DNA of 64,000 nucleotides from Octopus vulgaris (GCA_951406725.2 OX597838.1:22630001-22694000), one strand, 5' to 3'. Shown: positions 42,844 through 57,314, numbered from the stretch's first letter. Notes: generated by a model not told the origin, from the letters alone. Numbers and translations are program-made.

Positions 42844-43261
42844 TCGATCTAGCTGTTGTTATTTGTATACATACATACATACATACATACATACATACAT
42901 ACATGCCGGTAGATAGACAAACAGACAGACTGATAGACAGACAGACAGACACACACACACTCACACATATACAGCGTGCGATGGCTAAATTGTCGCCATT
43001 TTACATTTTTAATTTCGCGCATGCATATTGTAAGCTCCAATACGAACACTTGATGTGGAAGGCCAAGGAACTGTCAACGAACTTTTGTCAGAAAATTGGT
43101 TCAGACGCTTCAAGGAAGGTGATATCAACCTCGAAGACAAGCCAAGGTCAGGGAGACCTTCTGCTGTGGAAGATGTGGCTTTGCTTGAAATGGTTGAACA
43201 ACAGCCGAGCACAAGCGCTTGTACATTGTTGGCAGAACTTGGTCTTCTACAAAACATCATC

Positions 43262-43452
43262 ATGAATGATTGCACTTAGGAAGTTACCCTTCGAGACACA
43301 AGTCCGGGCAAGTCGCTCATGAGAACGCTCTCCTCTCTTTACGCCACCGATGTTATCCGAGGTAAAGGCAAAGGCCGATACAACTTGGCAGCTGTGACGT
43401 CGCAACTCAACTCGTTTCTTCAGCTGAGCGAACTGGAACAACGTGAAATAAG
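43262..43452 (-). mobile_element. SINE fragment (family of 33510-33827) nested in the mariner
   Basis: GCACTTAGGAAGTTACCCTTCGAGACACAAGTCCGGGCAAG..ACGCCACCGATGTTATCC is the reverse complement of 33610-33795. Confidence 0.8.
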
Positions 43453-43595
43453 TTCGGCCTTGTGAACAGATGCTGTTAAGAAGCTCTTTATCAACTGACC
43501 ACTGACCAGGCTCAACGACGAGTGAACATTTGCAAAGAACTGCAGGCAAATCTTCGAGGCACCCGTTTTTGGTATTGAATAATTGTTACTGGAGA

Positions 43596-43915
43596 ATTAG
43601 AAAAACTCTTATATATTTTGCAAGGAGGCCTTCACTTTCATCGCAACCTGGTGGTTACCGCCCGTTGACAAGGGACAAAAATCCCGAAACTAGTCCGAGC
43701 GTATCACTCAGGCTTGCGAGGAAGGGATGGCCTCCCTTTGCAAATACTTCAAGGGCACTGATATGGTGTCTAAAGCCAGCTAGAGACGACGATCTCTTGG
43801 GGCTTTAAAGCTACAGTAACACCCCCTCCCCTATGTGGTTAGCCATGATAAGATGGCTTCTATACTTTACATTATCGAGCGATTACTGTTTCAATCTCAT
43901 TCTGAGATTTAATTA
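43596..43915 (+). mobile_element. ~320-bp HHR-bearing insertion inside the mariner first catalytic Asp codon
   Basis: Removing it restores ACT GGA GA|T GAA AAC TGG (TGDENW). Confidence 0.75.
43651..43707 (+). ncRNA. Type I hammerhead ribozyme motif, U3-A8 core variant
   Basis: CGCCCG-UUGACAA-GGGA(CAAAAA)UCCC-GAAA-CUAG-UC-CGAGCG: perfect stem II, palindromic stem III ACUAGU, GUC triplet, stem I 5/6 plus a distal GUGGU/AUCAC extension. Confidence 0.8.
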
Positions 43916-44737
43916 TGAAAACTGGATCTATTTTACTAATACTAACAAGAGGAATCAATCGTTTGATTCAGAATTCAGACTTCAAAATTTGTTTTCATAT
44001 AAGGGCAGTTTGAACAGAAAGTCAAGTTCTGTATTTCGTGGAATTCCGAGGGAATACTGTTCTTTGAGCTTGTCCCAGATGGTCATGCTGTGAAAGATAA
44101 CCTTTATGCTCAACAACTGCAGTGAGTTTATGATATTTATAAAGCACTCTAATCTGCGTTGGTTAATCGAAGGATCATGCTTTTACAGCATGACAATATC
44201 CCAGCACACATTACCGATGTGACCCAACGCAAACTTGAGGAAGTTAATGGTTGGAAGTGCTGACGCACCCTGCCGAGAATCCAGGTCTTCCACCCTCAAA
44301 TTATCACAAGCCATTACTCATTTTCTGCATGGGTGGAGGTCGAACAATGAGGAAGAAGTGGAAAACGGGCGCAAGGAGTGTTTTGCTGCTAAACCAGCCG
44401 AACGGTATAAGCGTTGAATTGAGCTTCTGACACAACGATGACGACGGTCAATAGAATATTGCGGGTTATATATTGATAAATAAACATGTTTCGTAACTAA
44501 CTTGTTTGAATTATTAATACGAAATACGAAAAAAATGTTTGGCTCAACCTGAGATATATATATATATATATATATATAAGTGATTTGACATCTATCTCTA
44601 GCGTATAGGAATCCACTTCAGTGGCCATTTCTCTTATTAATTGTAATATAATTTTTAAATCTTCGGCTTTTTTGAACATGCTAGACCACTGGTTTAAAAT
44701 AGATGTTAATTGATTGATATCAATTTCTACCCTCATG

Positions 44738-44811
<74 letters not shown>

Positions 44812-44959
44812 CTGTATGTATGTTTGTATGTATGTATAAAGAGCAAGAGAGTAATTTAAAAGTGCAAGCTTGATTTAAGAGGTTGGTGAGCGAAGGTTTT
44901 GTTTAAGGATTAACTCAGGATTAGATTGGGGGTCGGTTATCTTGGTAACATAATGCACT

Positions 44960-44988
44960 CTTGCAGCAGCAGCAGCAGCAGCAGTAGC

Positions 44989-45034
<46 letters not shown>

Positions 45035-45411
45035 AATGAGTCAAAGGAATTGAGAACAAAAGAAAGAAGCAATTTGAAGCATGGACGATGGGAGGGAGGG
45101 AGGGCGAGGTGGTAAGTAGATAATGTGGCGAGGTGGGGGTTAAAGAGGGTGGTTGTGGTGAAGATGGTGGTGGTTGCTGCGGTGGTTATGATGATGGTGG
45201 TGTTGGTGGCGGCGGCGGTGGTGTTGGTTCTGTGAATGCTTTTACTGATGGTGGTTGTGGTGACGGTGGTAGTGGTGGTGATGTTTGTCGAGGTGGTGGT
45301 GGTGGTGGCGGCGGTTGTGGTGATGTCGGTGGTAGCGGTGGTGGTGGTTGTGGTGGTGGTGGTGGTGAAGGCAACAGTAGTGGTTGTGAACATGTAGCGG
45401 CCGTGGAAGCG

Positions 45412-45448
<37 letters not shown>

Positions 45449-45850
45449 TCGTGTGTGCGCGTGTGATCGTGTGTGCGCGTTTGATCGTGTGTGTGTATGT
45501 GTGTATGATCATGTGTGTGTGTGTGTGTATGTATGTGTGTGTATGTGTGTCGTGTCACGGCGGTGATGATCGTGTGTGTCTGATCATGTGCGTACGTGTG
45601 AGTGTGTATGATCGGGTGTGTGTGTGTGCGTGTGTGTGTATGTGTGTGTGATCTTGTGTGTGAGTGTGATCGTGTGCGTACGTGTGATCGTGTGTGTGTA
45701 TGATCGTATGTATGTGTGTGTGTGTGTGTGTGTGATCGTGTGCGTACATGTGTGTGTGTGTATGTGTGTATAATCGTGTGCATGTGTATGTGTGTGATCG
45801 TGTGCGTGCCTGTGTGTGTGCGTATGTGTGTATGATCGTGTATGTGTGTT
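44960..45850. repeat. (GCA)n/(GTA)n, (GGT)n and a GATC-punctuated (GT)n minisatellite
   Basis: GTGATCGTGTG recurs throughout 45445-45845. Confidence 0.85.
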
Positions 45851-46116
45851 TTCAGGTAAATGTGAAGTGTTACGTTACCACGACTATGTCCATGCAAGAG
45901 CGTTGGAGTATTCAGTGAGTCTGAGTATTGATATGGAAGGTGCAAATTTGACAGGGACAGGCATATAGGATGAAAGGGCCGGGGATGTCATCCTCAAACC
46001 GGAAGCCTTGCCCGGAAGCTAACAACAGAGCGGATTGGTGTCCAGGCGCGCGGTTGACCCACATGAAGTGGGAGCTCCCTTCGTTGTTGTCACAGCATCT
46101 CTCTAGGAGAGATAAA

Positions 46117-46539
46117 GGATCTTTTCGGTTTGACCGGCAGTTTTTAACGTAATTTCTAGGTAACTAAAAAATTTTAAACTTCGTATACTGGTAGAATGTG
46201 TTTATAAAACACCTTTTTCTCTTTGCTTTCTTGAGAAAATTCTATAGTTTGTAAGATATTTGTTGTTGTTTTTTTCTTCAATTTCTGCAATTTCAACCAA
46301 TCAGTTACGTCTATTCAGGTAAAAAGCATTCTGTGCCGTATGAATATGTCCCTCGTTTAAGAAACAGATTGGGTTTATTTACATTTGTGAAGAAAAAAAG
46401 ATACCCTTCCCCCCACCCCTAACCCTAACCCTAACCCGAAAACATTGAAATGCAATAGATCGATACTAGGGTCATAATTATGGGTGACAATTTCATATGA
46501 CACCGCTAGAAAAAACTGCCGTTCAAACCGAAAAGATCC
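46117..46539. mobile_element. Non-autonomous DNA transposon (MITE) with ~29-bp TIRs and internal (CCCTAA)3
   Basis: GGATCTTTTCGGTTTGACCGGCAGTTTTT...AAAAACTGCCGTTCAAACCGAAAAGATCC. Confidence 0.85.
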
Positions 46540-46888
46540 GTTAAACTGTAAGTTTTATCTATTTATTTATTTATTTATTCATCTAGTGGAACGGTCACTT
46601 GGCAAGGCGTTACGGTTTGGGATCGAAACACACGAGAGAAAATCTGGAACAATGAGAATATTCGATGATGCAGACTAGATCTTCTTTTCGAGTTTATGTT
46701 GCCCATGTTCGGAGAATGGGATCGGATTTGTGCACATTATGCACGGGCCTCGCTTCAAACAAAAGTAAGACTTTTGACGAAAATGGCTGGTCGTAGCCTT
46801 CGCTTGTGTGGGATTTTCGATCAGGCGATGGCAGTACTCGAACGCAAGCTTGCAACCATCATGTATATCTTTATATATAATATATAAA

Positions 46889-47120
46889 AGGTGGCGAGCT
46901 GGCAGAAACGTTAGCACGCCGGGCGAAATGCGTAGCGGTATTTCGTCTGTCGTTACGTTCTGAGTTCAAATTCCGCCGAGGTCGACTTTGCCTTTCATCC
47001 TTTCGGGGTCGATTAAATAAGTACCAGTTACGCACTGGGGTCGATGTAATCGACTAAATCACCTTGTCTGTCCTTGTTTGTCCCCTCTGTGTTTAGCCCC
47101 TTGTGGGTAGTAAAGAAATA
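46889..47120 (+). mobile_element. SINE family B, full length
   Basis: GGTGGCGAGCTGGCAGAAACGTTAGCACGCCGGG..GAGTTCAAATTCC (B-box-like)..GGGGTCGATGTAATCGAC. Confidence 0.85.
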
Positions 47121-47132
47121 TATAATATATAT

Positions 47133-47364
47133 TCTTTTATTCTTTTACTTGCTTCAGTCATTTAACTGCGGCCATGCTGGAGCACTGCCTTTAGTCGAGC
47201 AAATCGACCCCAACGCTTATTCTTCGTAAGCCTAGTACTTCCTCTATCGGTCTTTGATGCCGAACCGGTAAGTTACGGCTACGCAAACACACCAACATCG
47301 GTTGTCAAGCGATGGTGGGGGGACAAACATAGACAAACATATACACCCATATGCACACACATAT

Positions 47365-47427
<63 letters not shown>

Positions 47428-47620
47428 AATACACACATACACATATATATATATATATATATATACAGATATACGACGGGTTTTTTTTTTCAGTTTCCGT
47501 CTACCAAATCCACTCATAACGCTTTGGTCGGACCGAGACTATATTAGAAGACACTTGCCCAAGGTGCCACGGAGTGGAACTGAACCCGGAACCATCAAGC
47601 TTCTTACCCAACAGCCACAT
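47133..47620 (-). mobile_element. SINE family A
   Basis: Reverse-complement match to 15298-15712. Confidence 0.85.
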
Positions 47621-48294
47621 CTGAGTCTCTTCATATTTCTTTTTATTCTATCCATTAACAGCAACTTTCTTCTTAACAATATTAGCTCCTCCCCACTACA
47701 CACACACACAAGTTACACACTCGCACACACACACACATACTTACACACACACACTCACGGACACACACACACAGACCTGCACATTTACACACTTGCACAT
47801 ACACATACGCACACACACCTACACACGTATACACTCACACACACACACACAGACACACACACCTACACACTTATACACTCGCACACGCACATACACACAC
47901 ATACACATATACTCTTGCACACACACACACTCACACATACACACACTCACACACACACACCTGCACACTTACCTGCGCGCACCCCACCCCACACACACAC
48001 ATAGGCTGCCACCTTTCGTTTCTCCTTAACCTTTTCCCTACACAGACGTCGCTCCTACCCCCACCCACCCCGGCTACACCCTACCCTAGACACTAACATA
48101 CCAGACATATTGTACAATGACTCCATCAGCACGATAAGAGAGCGTTACGAAACACGGGATATCGAAGCCCGTCTGTGAGACCTCTAAGCGGTCAATCGAC
48201 CGGCTAGAAATAGCAGACGAACATTTACCACCAATACCACCACCACCACCACCACCGGCATGATCAGAAGGCTATTCCGTCACAGGGTTACCCG

Positions 48295-48437
48295 TTTACA
48301 GGTGAAGTGGAATGCAGCAACAGGAAATGAAGGGTTTTTGATGAAAAAAAACACAATGCTCCGCCCGTCCCGGAATCGAACCTGTGATCCAGCAATCGTG
48401 AGTGCAACATCCTAACCACTAAGTCAGGCGCCTTCAC
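48295..48437 (-). mobile_element. SINE family D head (diverged)
   Basis: Minus strand GAAGGCGCCTGACTTAGTGGTTAGG..GGTTCGATTCC. Confidence 0.65.
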
Positions 48438-48504
48438 TTACCTATATATGTGTGTGTGTGCGCGCGTGTATGTGTGTGTGTGCACGTGTATGTGTGTGTG
48501 TGTG

Positions 48505-48560
<56 letters not shown>

Positions 48561-48700
48561 TACGGAGATGTACTCGCATAGCAAGTAATTTGATCTGAGA
48601 TCGTGTGCTGAAACGAAAACAATTGCAGCGTGGAAGGTGTTTATAAGCCATTTAAGAAACACGCAAAAGCCGTTCGATTCACTTCAACATTTAAGTTTAA

Positions 48701-48750
48701 TTTGTCAAAATATTTTCGTCGCTAAAATCCGCGACCTGTTCACTGACAAA
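48701..48750 (-). ncRNA. Type I hammerhead motif, G3-C8 core variant
   Basis: UUUGUCA-GUGAACA-G-GUCGC(GGAUUUUA)GCGAC-GAAA-AUAU-UU-UGACAAA: perfect 7-bp stem I, perfect 5-bp stem II, palindromic stem III AAUAUU. Confidence 0.75.
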
Positions 48751-48766
48751 GTCCGTGCTGCATCTC

Positions 48767-48811
48767 CAGTGAACAGGTCGCGGATTTTAGCGACGAAAAT
48801 ATTTTGACAAA
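48767..48811 (+). ncRNA. Second G3-C8 hammerhead copy, stem I 5' strand truncated at the inversion junction
   Basis: CA-GUGAACA-G-GUCGC..GCGAC-GAAA-AUAUUU-UGACAAA. Confidence 0.55.
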
Positions 48812-48887
48812 TTAAACTTAAATGTTGAAGTGAATCGAACGGCTTTTGTGTGTTTCTTAAATGGCTTATAAACACCTTCCACGCTGC

Positions 48888-48961
<74 letters not shown>

Positions 48962-49011
48962 ATAGATGCATACAAATACACACATACATATATACATATA
49001 ATTATGTGCAC

Positions 49012-49570
49012 GTCAACACACCAACACCGGTTGTCAAGCAGTGGTGGGAGACAAGCACTAACGCACACACACATACACGTACATACGACAGGCTTCTTTC
49101 AGTTTCCATCTACCAAATCCCAAGGCTATAGTAGAAGACACTTGCCTAAAGTATCACGCCTGTCCTTATCTTTTATTCAATGTGGCTGTTTGGTTAGAAG
49201 TTTACTTCCCAACCTCATGGTGCCGGGTTCAGTTCCGCAGCGTGGCACCTTGGGCAAGTGTCTAGTACTATAGCCTCTGGCGTGGATTTGGTAGGCGGAA
49301 ACTGAAGGAAGCCCGTCGTATGAATATATACATGTGTGTATGTGTATCATTGTGCTTGTTTCCCTGTCATTCACCAACACCTGACTGCTGGTGTTTGTTT
49401 GTTTACGTCCCGTTAACGTAGAAGTTCAGCCAAAAAGACCGATAGGGTAAGCATCAAGCTTGAAGAAAAAATAAGTATAGGGTGTCGATTCATTCAATTA
49501 AACAAAAAAAAAAAAAGAGCTTTCATCGGTACCCCAGCATGGCCACAGTTCTATGACTGAAACAAGTAAA
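49012..49570. mobile_element. Two diverged SINE family A copies, head to head (minus 49012-49158, plus 49181-49570)
   Basis: Family A motifs in both orientations. Confidence 0.75.
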
Positions 49571-49730
49571 TGATTTTTTTTAAAACTGATAACAAAAATA
49601 AAGGGAGATAATTCGAATAAAATCAGATAATTGAAATTCCTGAGAATAAAGACAACGCAGATTGTAGCGAAATAATTACAAACTACATATGCGTTCTCTC
49701 TTTTTCTCACTCTCTCTCTCCCTCACTCTG

Positions 49731-49764
<34 letters not shown>

Positions 49765-49929
49765 CCCTCTCTCTCTCTTCATTTCTTACCTCTAAAACCA
49801 GGATGCTGTTCATCCGCCCCTGCCGCACAGACCTACCTCGCCCCCCTTGACGTGTACACGTGCCGCTTCCCTTTAGTCATTTCTTGTCCGGATGAATTAG
49901 TAAACACAAACGTTATGTTTGTGCATAAG

Positions 49930-52410
<2,481 letters not shown>

Positions 52411-52718
52411 CAGGCTATCCCCACAAAAGTATATGCGCACCTTAGAAGTATGACGAAATTTCCATTTTTTTAAGGATATAATCGATTAGAAATAACCTTT
52501 TCTCTTTTAAGCACTGGGCCTGAAATTATGTAAGGAGCAGCTGTGAGGACCTTTCGATTACATCGACCCCAGTGCACAATTGGTATTTTATTTTATCGTC
52601 CCCGAAATGTTGAAAGTAGATGAAGTTGGATGAAAGTTGGATGAAATATTGGTGTAGTGACGATTCTACATTCCTTCCGCCTTAATACTACACCTACTAC
52701 TACTACTAATAATAATAA

Positions 52719-52719
<1 letters not shown>

Positions 52720-52749
<30 letters not shown>

Positions 52750-52843
52750 AAGAAGAAGAAGAAGAAGAAGAAGAAGAAGAAGAAGAAGAAGAAGAAGAAG
52801 AAGAAGAAGAAGAAGAAGAAGAAGAAGAAGAAGAAGAAGAAGA
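52720..52843 (+). repeat. Perfect (AAG)n, about 41 units
   Basis: Direct inspection. Confidence 0.95.
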
Positions 52844-52849
52844 AAGATA

Positions 52850-53195
52850 GATGCGAATAGGCCAGACATCATATTGAAAGACTTCAGACAAAATCATGCC
52901 TCCTCATTGATATAACTGTCCCAATCGATAGAAATTCAAAAGATAGTGCTGATGGGAACTGCTCATAGCCTACGCAAAATACTTTCTATGCAATCTCAAG
53001 TTTTAAAACAAACATAATTTTCTTATGGTTTCTTAAACATTCACTAGTACAACACTATGTACAAAACCAAATATATGACACCCTAGGCATAACACCAGCA
53101 TGAACTTCCAACCTGTTGTCTCTTGAGGTCTCTGGATGAGACTTGGAGCCAATTTGTACAAATGTAAAGCAAAAGTCAAACGTTGAATAATAATA
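52850..53195 (+). mobile_element. R4/Dong-like LINE 3' end
   Basis: EIQKIVLMGTAHSLRKILS..*; the 3' UTR ends TTGAATAATAATAA. Confidence 0.75.
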
Positions 53196-53204
53196 AAAGG
53201 GGAA

Positions 53205-53698
53205 AAAATTGGTACGACCACAAAACTGAAGGCATCGTCGAAGATAGAAATAATATAGGATTTTATGATTCAGTGCGACCATGAGATAGAGAATAGGAAG
53301 CCGGACATGGTCTTAATCTAGAAAGAAAACAAACTATGCTGGATCGTAGATATAGCATGCCCAGCTGACAAGAAGGTATGCGATAAGGAAGAAAGAAAAG
53401 TCGAGAGATATGACAGGTTAGCTTGAGAGGTTAAGCAGTTGTGGTCGATGAAAAAGGTAGCAGTAGTACCAATAATTGTCGGAGCCCTCAGAACAGTGAA
53501 TAAAAATCTTGAGAAGTACATGGAACAAATAGGAGCTGCAATAAGGGTGGAGCACTTGCAGAAAACAGCACTGCTTGGAACCGCTCGAATACTCCGGAAG
53601 GTGCTCGAAAAATAAGAGGCGTTACCTTAGTTCACTGGTAGTGAACAGCTGACACCGTAGTACATCTCCAGCATTAGAAGCTGTGCAAAGGCAATGAC

Positions 53699-53738
<40 letters not shown>

Positions 53739-53740
53739 GT
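53205..53740 (+). mobile_element. R4/Dong-like LINE 3' fragment (endonuclease) ending in (TAA)n
   Basis: KPDMV..WIVDIACP..VPIIVGALRTV..LQKTALLGTARILRKVL*. Confidence 0.85.
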
Positions 53741-53744
53741 AATA

Positions 53745-54535
53745 CATAGGAGGCTGATGGAACAACTTCAGGATTGCTTTAATGGAGGAATAATACCAAA
53801 TTGGAATGACTAGAGGGAGGACAATACTCATTACGAAAGATAAGAGCAAGGATAATATAGCTAGCATCTATAGATCAATCACTTGCTTATCATTAGCTTG
53901 GAAGCTGATAACAGGAATGCTTTCAGAAAGCATTTATGATCACCTTGACAACCAAAAGTTACTACCAGAAGAACAGAAAAGTTGCAGGAAGAAGGCTAAA
54001 GGAACGCATGATGTGACATATATAGACAAAGCAGAGTCTATATATGTTTCTAAATGAAATAAAAGCTAAAAAGAAAAATCTAACAATAGCATGGATAGAT
54101 TATAGGAAAGCCTATGACATGATTCCACACTCATGGATAAGTGAATGTCTGAGTGTATTCAGTATTGCAGACAACATAAGAGAATTAATTAGCTTTAGCA
54201 TGAAGAAATGGAAAGTAGGTCTCTCTACTCAGGTGACACACTCTTAGGGAAAGTTAATATCAAGAGAGGAATTTTCCAGGGGCACTTGTTGTCCCCTTTA
54301 ATATTTGTCTTATGCTTGATTCCCCCCCCCTCAGATTCCCACTGTAGATTATGCGAATCAAGACACAGAAAGAATACAAGAAAAGACATGACAACATAGG
54401 GAAACTTTGTAGAAAGCTAGGATTTGAACATACTGATAAATGGTATGAACATGAACCTGGCAAAGTACTAGAAAGGAAGAAATACAAGATGTTGCGCGAC
54501 CTTAACATTCAGACTGACAGAGTAATAGAAGCGAG
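53745..54535 (+). mobile_element. R4/Dong-like LINE, internally deleted: RT N-terminal half fused to the zinc-knuckle region
   Basis: GRTILITK..YRSITCL..WIDYRKAYDMIPHSW..KRGIFQG.LLSPLIFVL then CRLC..YKKRHD..WYEHEP. Confidence 0.85.
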
Positions 54536-54750
54536 AACACGCCGGACAAAATACTTAGCGGTACTTCGTCCGTCTCTACGTTCTGAGTTCAAATTCCGCC
54601 GCGGTCAACTTTACCTTTCATCGTTTCGGGGTCGATAAAATAAGTTGCAGTTGAACACTGGGGTCGATATAATAGACTCATTCCCTCCCCATAAATTGCT
54701 AACATTGTGGCAAAATTTGAAACCATTATTATTATTATTATTATTATTAT

Positions 54751-54791
<41 letters not shown>

Positions 54792-55135
54792 TTATTATTA
54801 CTACTACTACTACAGCTATTACTACTACTACTACTACTATTATTACTACTACTACTAGTACTACTACTACTACTACTACTGCTATTACTACTTCTGCTAC
54901 TACTACTATTATTATTATTATTATTATTGAAGTGGTGAGGTGGCAGAATCGTTAGCACGCCGAGCAAAATGCATAGAGGTATTTCGTCCGTCTTTACGTC
55001 TGGGTTCAACTTCCGCCGAATCCGACTTTGCCTTTCATTTCTTTCGAGGTCAATGAAAAAAGTGACAGTTACGCACTAGGGTCGATGTAATCGACAAATC
55101 CCTTCACCGAATTTCGGGACTTGTTCCTGTATGGG
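54535..55135 (+). mobile_element. Two SINE family B copies (54535-54723, 54931-55135) separated by (TAT/TAC)n
   Basis: Match to 46889-47060. Confidence 0.8.
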
Positions 55136-55665
55136 AAATGATTATAATTGTTGTTGCAGTTGTTGCTGTTGTTGTTGTTGTTGTGTGCGCTTTATGTATG
55201 CAAGTGCGTGTGTTTTGTATGGGCGTGTGGGCGTCTCTGCGCTTTGCTGACAGAAATGAAAAAAAAACTAAAGCCTGTTAGGAAATTACATTATCAGGGA
55301 TAGACAGATATAGACAAAGATAGAAGTGGGACAGATGAAGAACAGCAGAAGAATAAGAAAGCAGAAGTTGCAGAAGACTTGTTGATGACAAAAAAAGCTA
55401 CTTCCAAAATTAGAATAATCTTTCGTAAAATTAGTTACAAGACACACAAAAAAAAATGAGAGCGAGCGAGCGAGAGAGAGAACGAGAGTCGTGTGTGGTA
55501 AGAAATGTGAGAGGAGACAAAAATATTGTGATAAAGAAATCAATAAAAATTGCATCAGAAAATATGTTTGTGTGGAGGAAAGATGCCTATGTGTGTGTAT
55601 GTGTTCGTATGTAGGTGTATGCGTCTAGATGTCTACCTGCGTGGGAATGCGTTCACATGTATGTT

Positions 55666-55936
55666 TATTGGGCTGGTGCATAATTATTGCGGTCTTTTTT
55701 TTTTTCAACAACAAATTTTATTCAACAGAAACAATAACAATATTTGACAAAACCATCTTTTTAAATAACAGTCTGGTCGTCTGCCAAGCAAATGGGAAGC
55801 AGTAATTGAAGTAGATGGTGAATATGCTCCGGAATAATCATTTAAAGATGTTTTTGTTACATGTTGTTATTGTTTTTGTTTGAATAAAATTTGTTGGAAA
55901 AAAAAAAAGCCGCAGTAATTATGCACCAACCCAATA
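55666..55936 (+). mobile_element. Mariner-derived MITE with TA TSD
   Basis: TATTGGGCTGGTGCATAATTA...TAATTATGCACCAACCCAATA; internal RLPSKWEAVIEVDGEY* resembles a mariner C-terminus. Confidence 0.9.
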
Positions 55937-56334
55937 CATATATATTATGTTGTTTACGCCATAAATCCCACGGGCAGACTTCCACTTTTTCTATCCAACA
56001 GCGTTTAACCCTGTACTATTTACTATTTGCACGCTTTTATTTATAGCTCTGTCTGCTTCGAATTCAGTGGTTCATAACCCGATGAATATGAGAACCGAAA
56101 TTTGAATGATTTAACTATATATATTGAGAGCCGAAACCTGAATGATTTAAGTATATATATATATATACTTAAATCGGCTCTCATATTAATCAGGTTATGT
56201 CACAGAGCCGTGTGAGTGGATTTGGTAGACGGAAACTGAAAGAAACCTGTCGTATATATGTATATATATTTATATAAATAAAGATAAGATCGTTATTTAA
56301 AATATCGATCATATCAAGTGGCCAGCATGGGAAT

Positions 56335-56411
<77 letters not shown>

Positions 56412-56414
<3 letters not shown>

Positions 56415-56810
56415 TATGGGACAAGAGCGCAAAACATCTGGACAGTTAGGTGATACAAAAATGGAACAACAAAACATCCAGACAGGCGATACAAAGAAAA
56501 CAAGGATGGGTCATTCGAAGTTTTCTTTCCTCAGTCAAGTACCAGATTATCTTTGCAATTTCGGCTGATTTTAGTTGAGATTGCTCCAATCTGGCCAGCC
56601 CCAAGGAAAAACTAAGCTAAGAGCATTAGATTCCTTGGAAGAAAGCAGCGAATGTATACGAAAACAAGGACGAAAAAACGGACAAGGTTACACAAATACA
56701 ATAAAATAAACAGGACATAACAACAGCTGTCTTTCGACTAAGAACAAATTAAATTAAGCTGGCGTGTGTGGAAATGAAGCCTTACGGCAGAGATACAAGA
56801 TTTCACATGT
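56412..56810. mobile_element. Unclassified (TA)n-embedded element (longer copy of 30563-30718)
   Basis: Sequence shared with 30563-30718. Confidence 0.7.
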
Positions 56811-56821
56811 ATATATATATA

Positions 56822-57022
56822 CAGTGGGGGGAAATAAATATTCGTACATGTCAAAATTCTTTATTTATTTAATTTCTAATGAACATAAATGGGATATACC
56901 AATACTATATTTGCATACACATGCATAAACTAAGAATATGCAAAAGAAACTAATAAATTATAGTAACTGAGGAATTTATATTCAATTATAAATATTTAGA
57001 TGGGGAAAAAGTATTCGTACAG
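56822..57022 (+). mobile_element. Tc1-like transposon end with IR/DR architecture
   Basis: TA-CAGTGGGGGGAAATAAATATTCGTACA and an inner direct repeat GGGGAAAAAAGTATTCGTACA ~175 bp downstream. Confidence 0.65.
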
Positions 57023-57033
57023 AACATAAATAA

Positions 57034-57195
57034 CAGGAGTGGCTGTGTGGTAAGTAGCTTGCTTACCAACCACTTGGTTCCGGGTTCAGTCCCACTGCAT
57101 GGCACCTTTGGCATGTGTCTTCTACTATAGCCTCGGGCAGACCAAAGTCTTGTGAGTGGATTTGGTAGACGGAAACTGAAAGAAGCCCATCGTAT
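57034..57195 (+). mobile_element. SINE family A, 5' half
   Basis: CAGGAGTGGCTGTGTGGTAAGTAGC.. Confidence 0.85.
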
Positions 57196-57228
57196 ATATA
57201 TATATATAATTTTATATATATATATATA

Positions 57229-57280
<52 letters not shown>

Positions 57281-57314
57281 TACATATATATATTTATAAA
57301 TATATATATATACA

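Larger units (their letters stand above)
43035..44551 (+). pseudogene. Decayed mariner (DD34D-type) transposase interrupted by two insertions
   Basis: WFRRFKEGDINLEDKPRSGRP (HTH region, ~43095-43160); IVTG|DENWIYF split at 43595/43916; LQHDNIPAH (~44180); right terminus TTTGGCTCAACCTGA. Confidence 0.85.
48562..48890. mobile_element. Fold-back element (inverted arms ~125 bp) in (TA)n carrying an HHR on each strand
   Basis: 48622-48745 and 48767-48890 are near-perfect reverse complements. Confidence 0.85.

Noticed and set aside
42970-43030. Left TIR of the mariner at 43035-44551
   Set aside because: CAGCGTGCGATGGCTAAATTG does not match the right end (TCAGGTTGAGCC in reverse complement); it is probably the end of a separate Tc1-like element.
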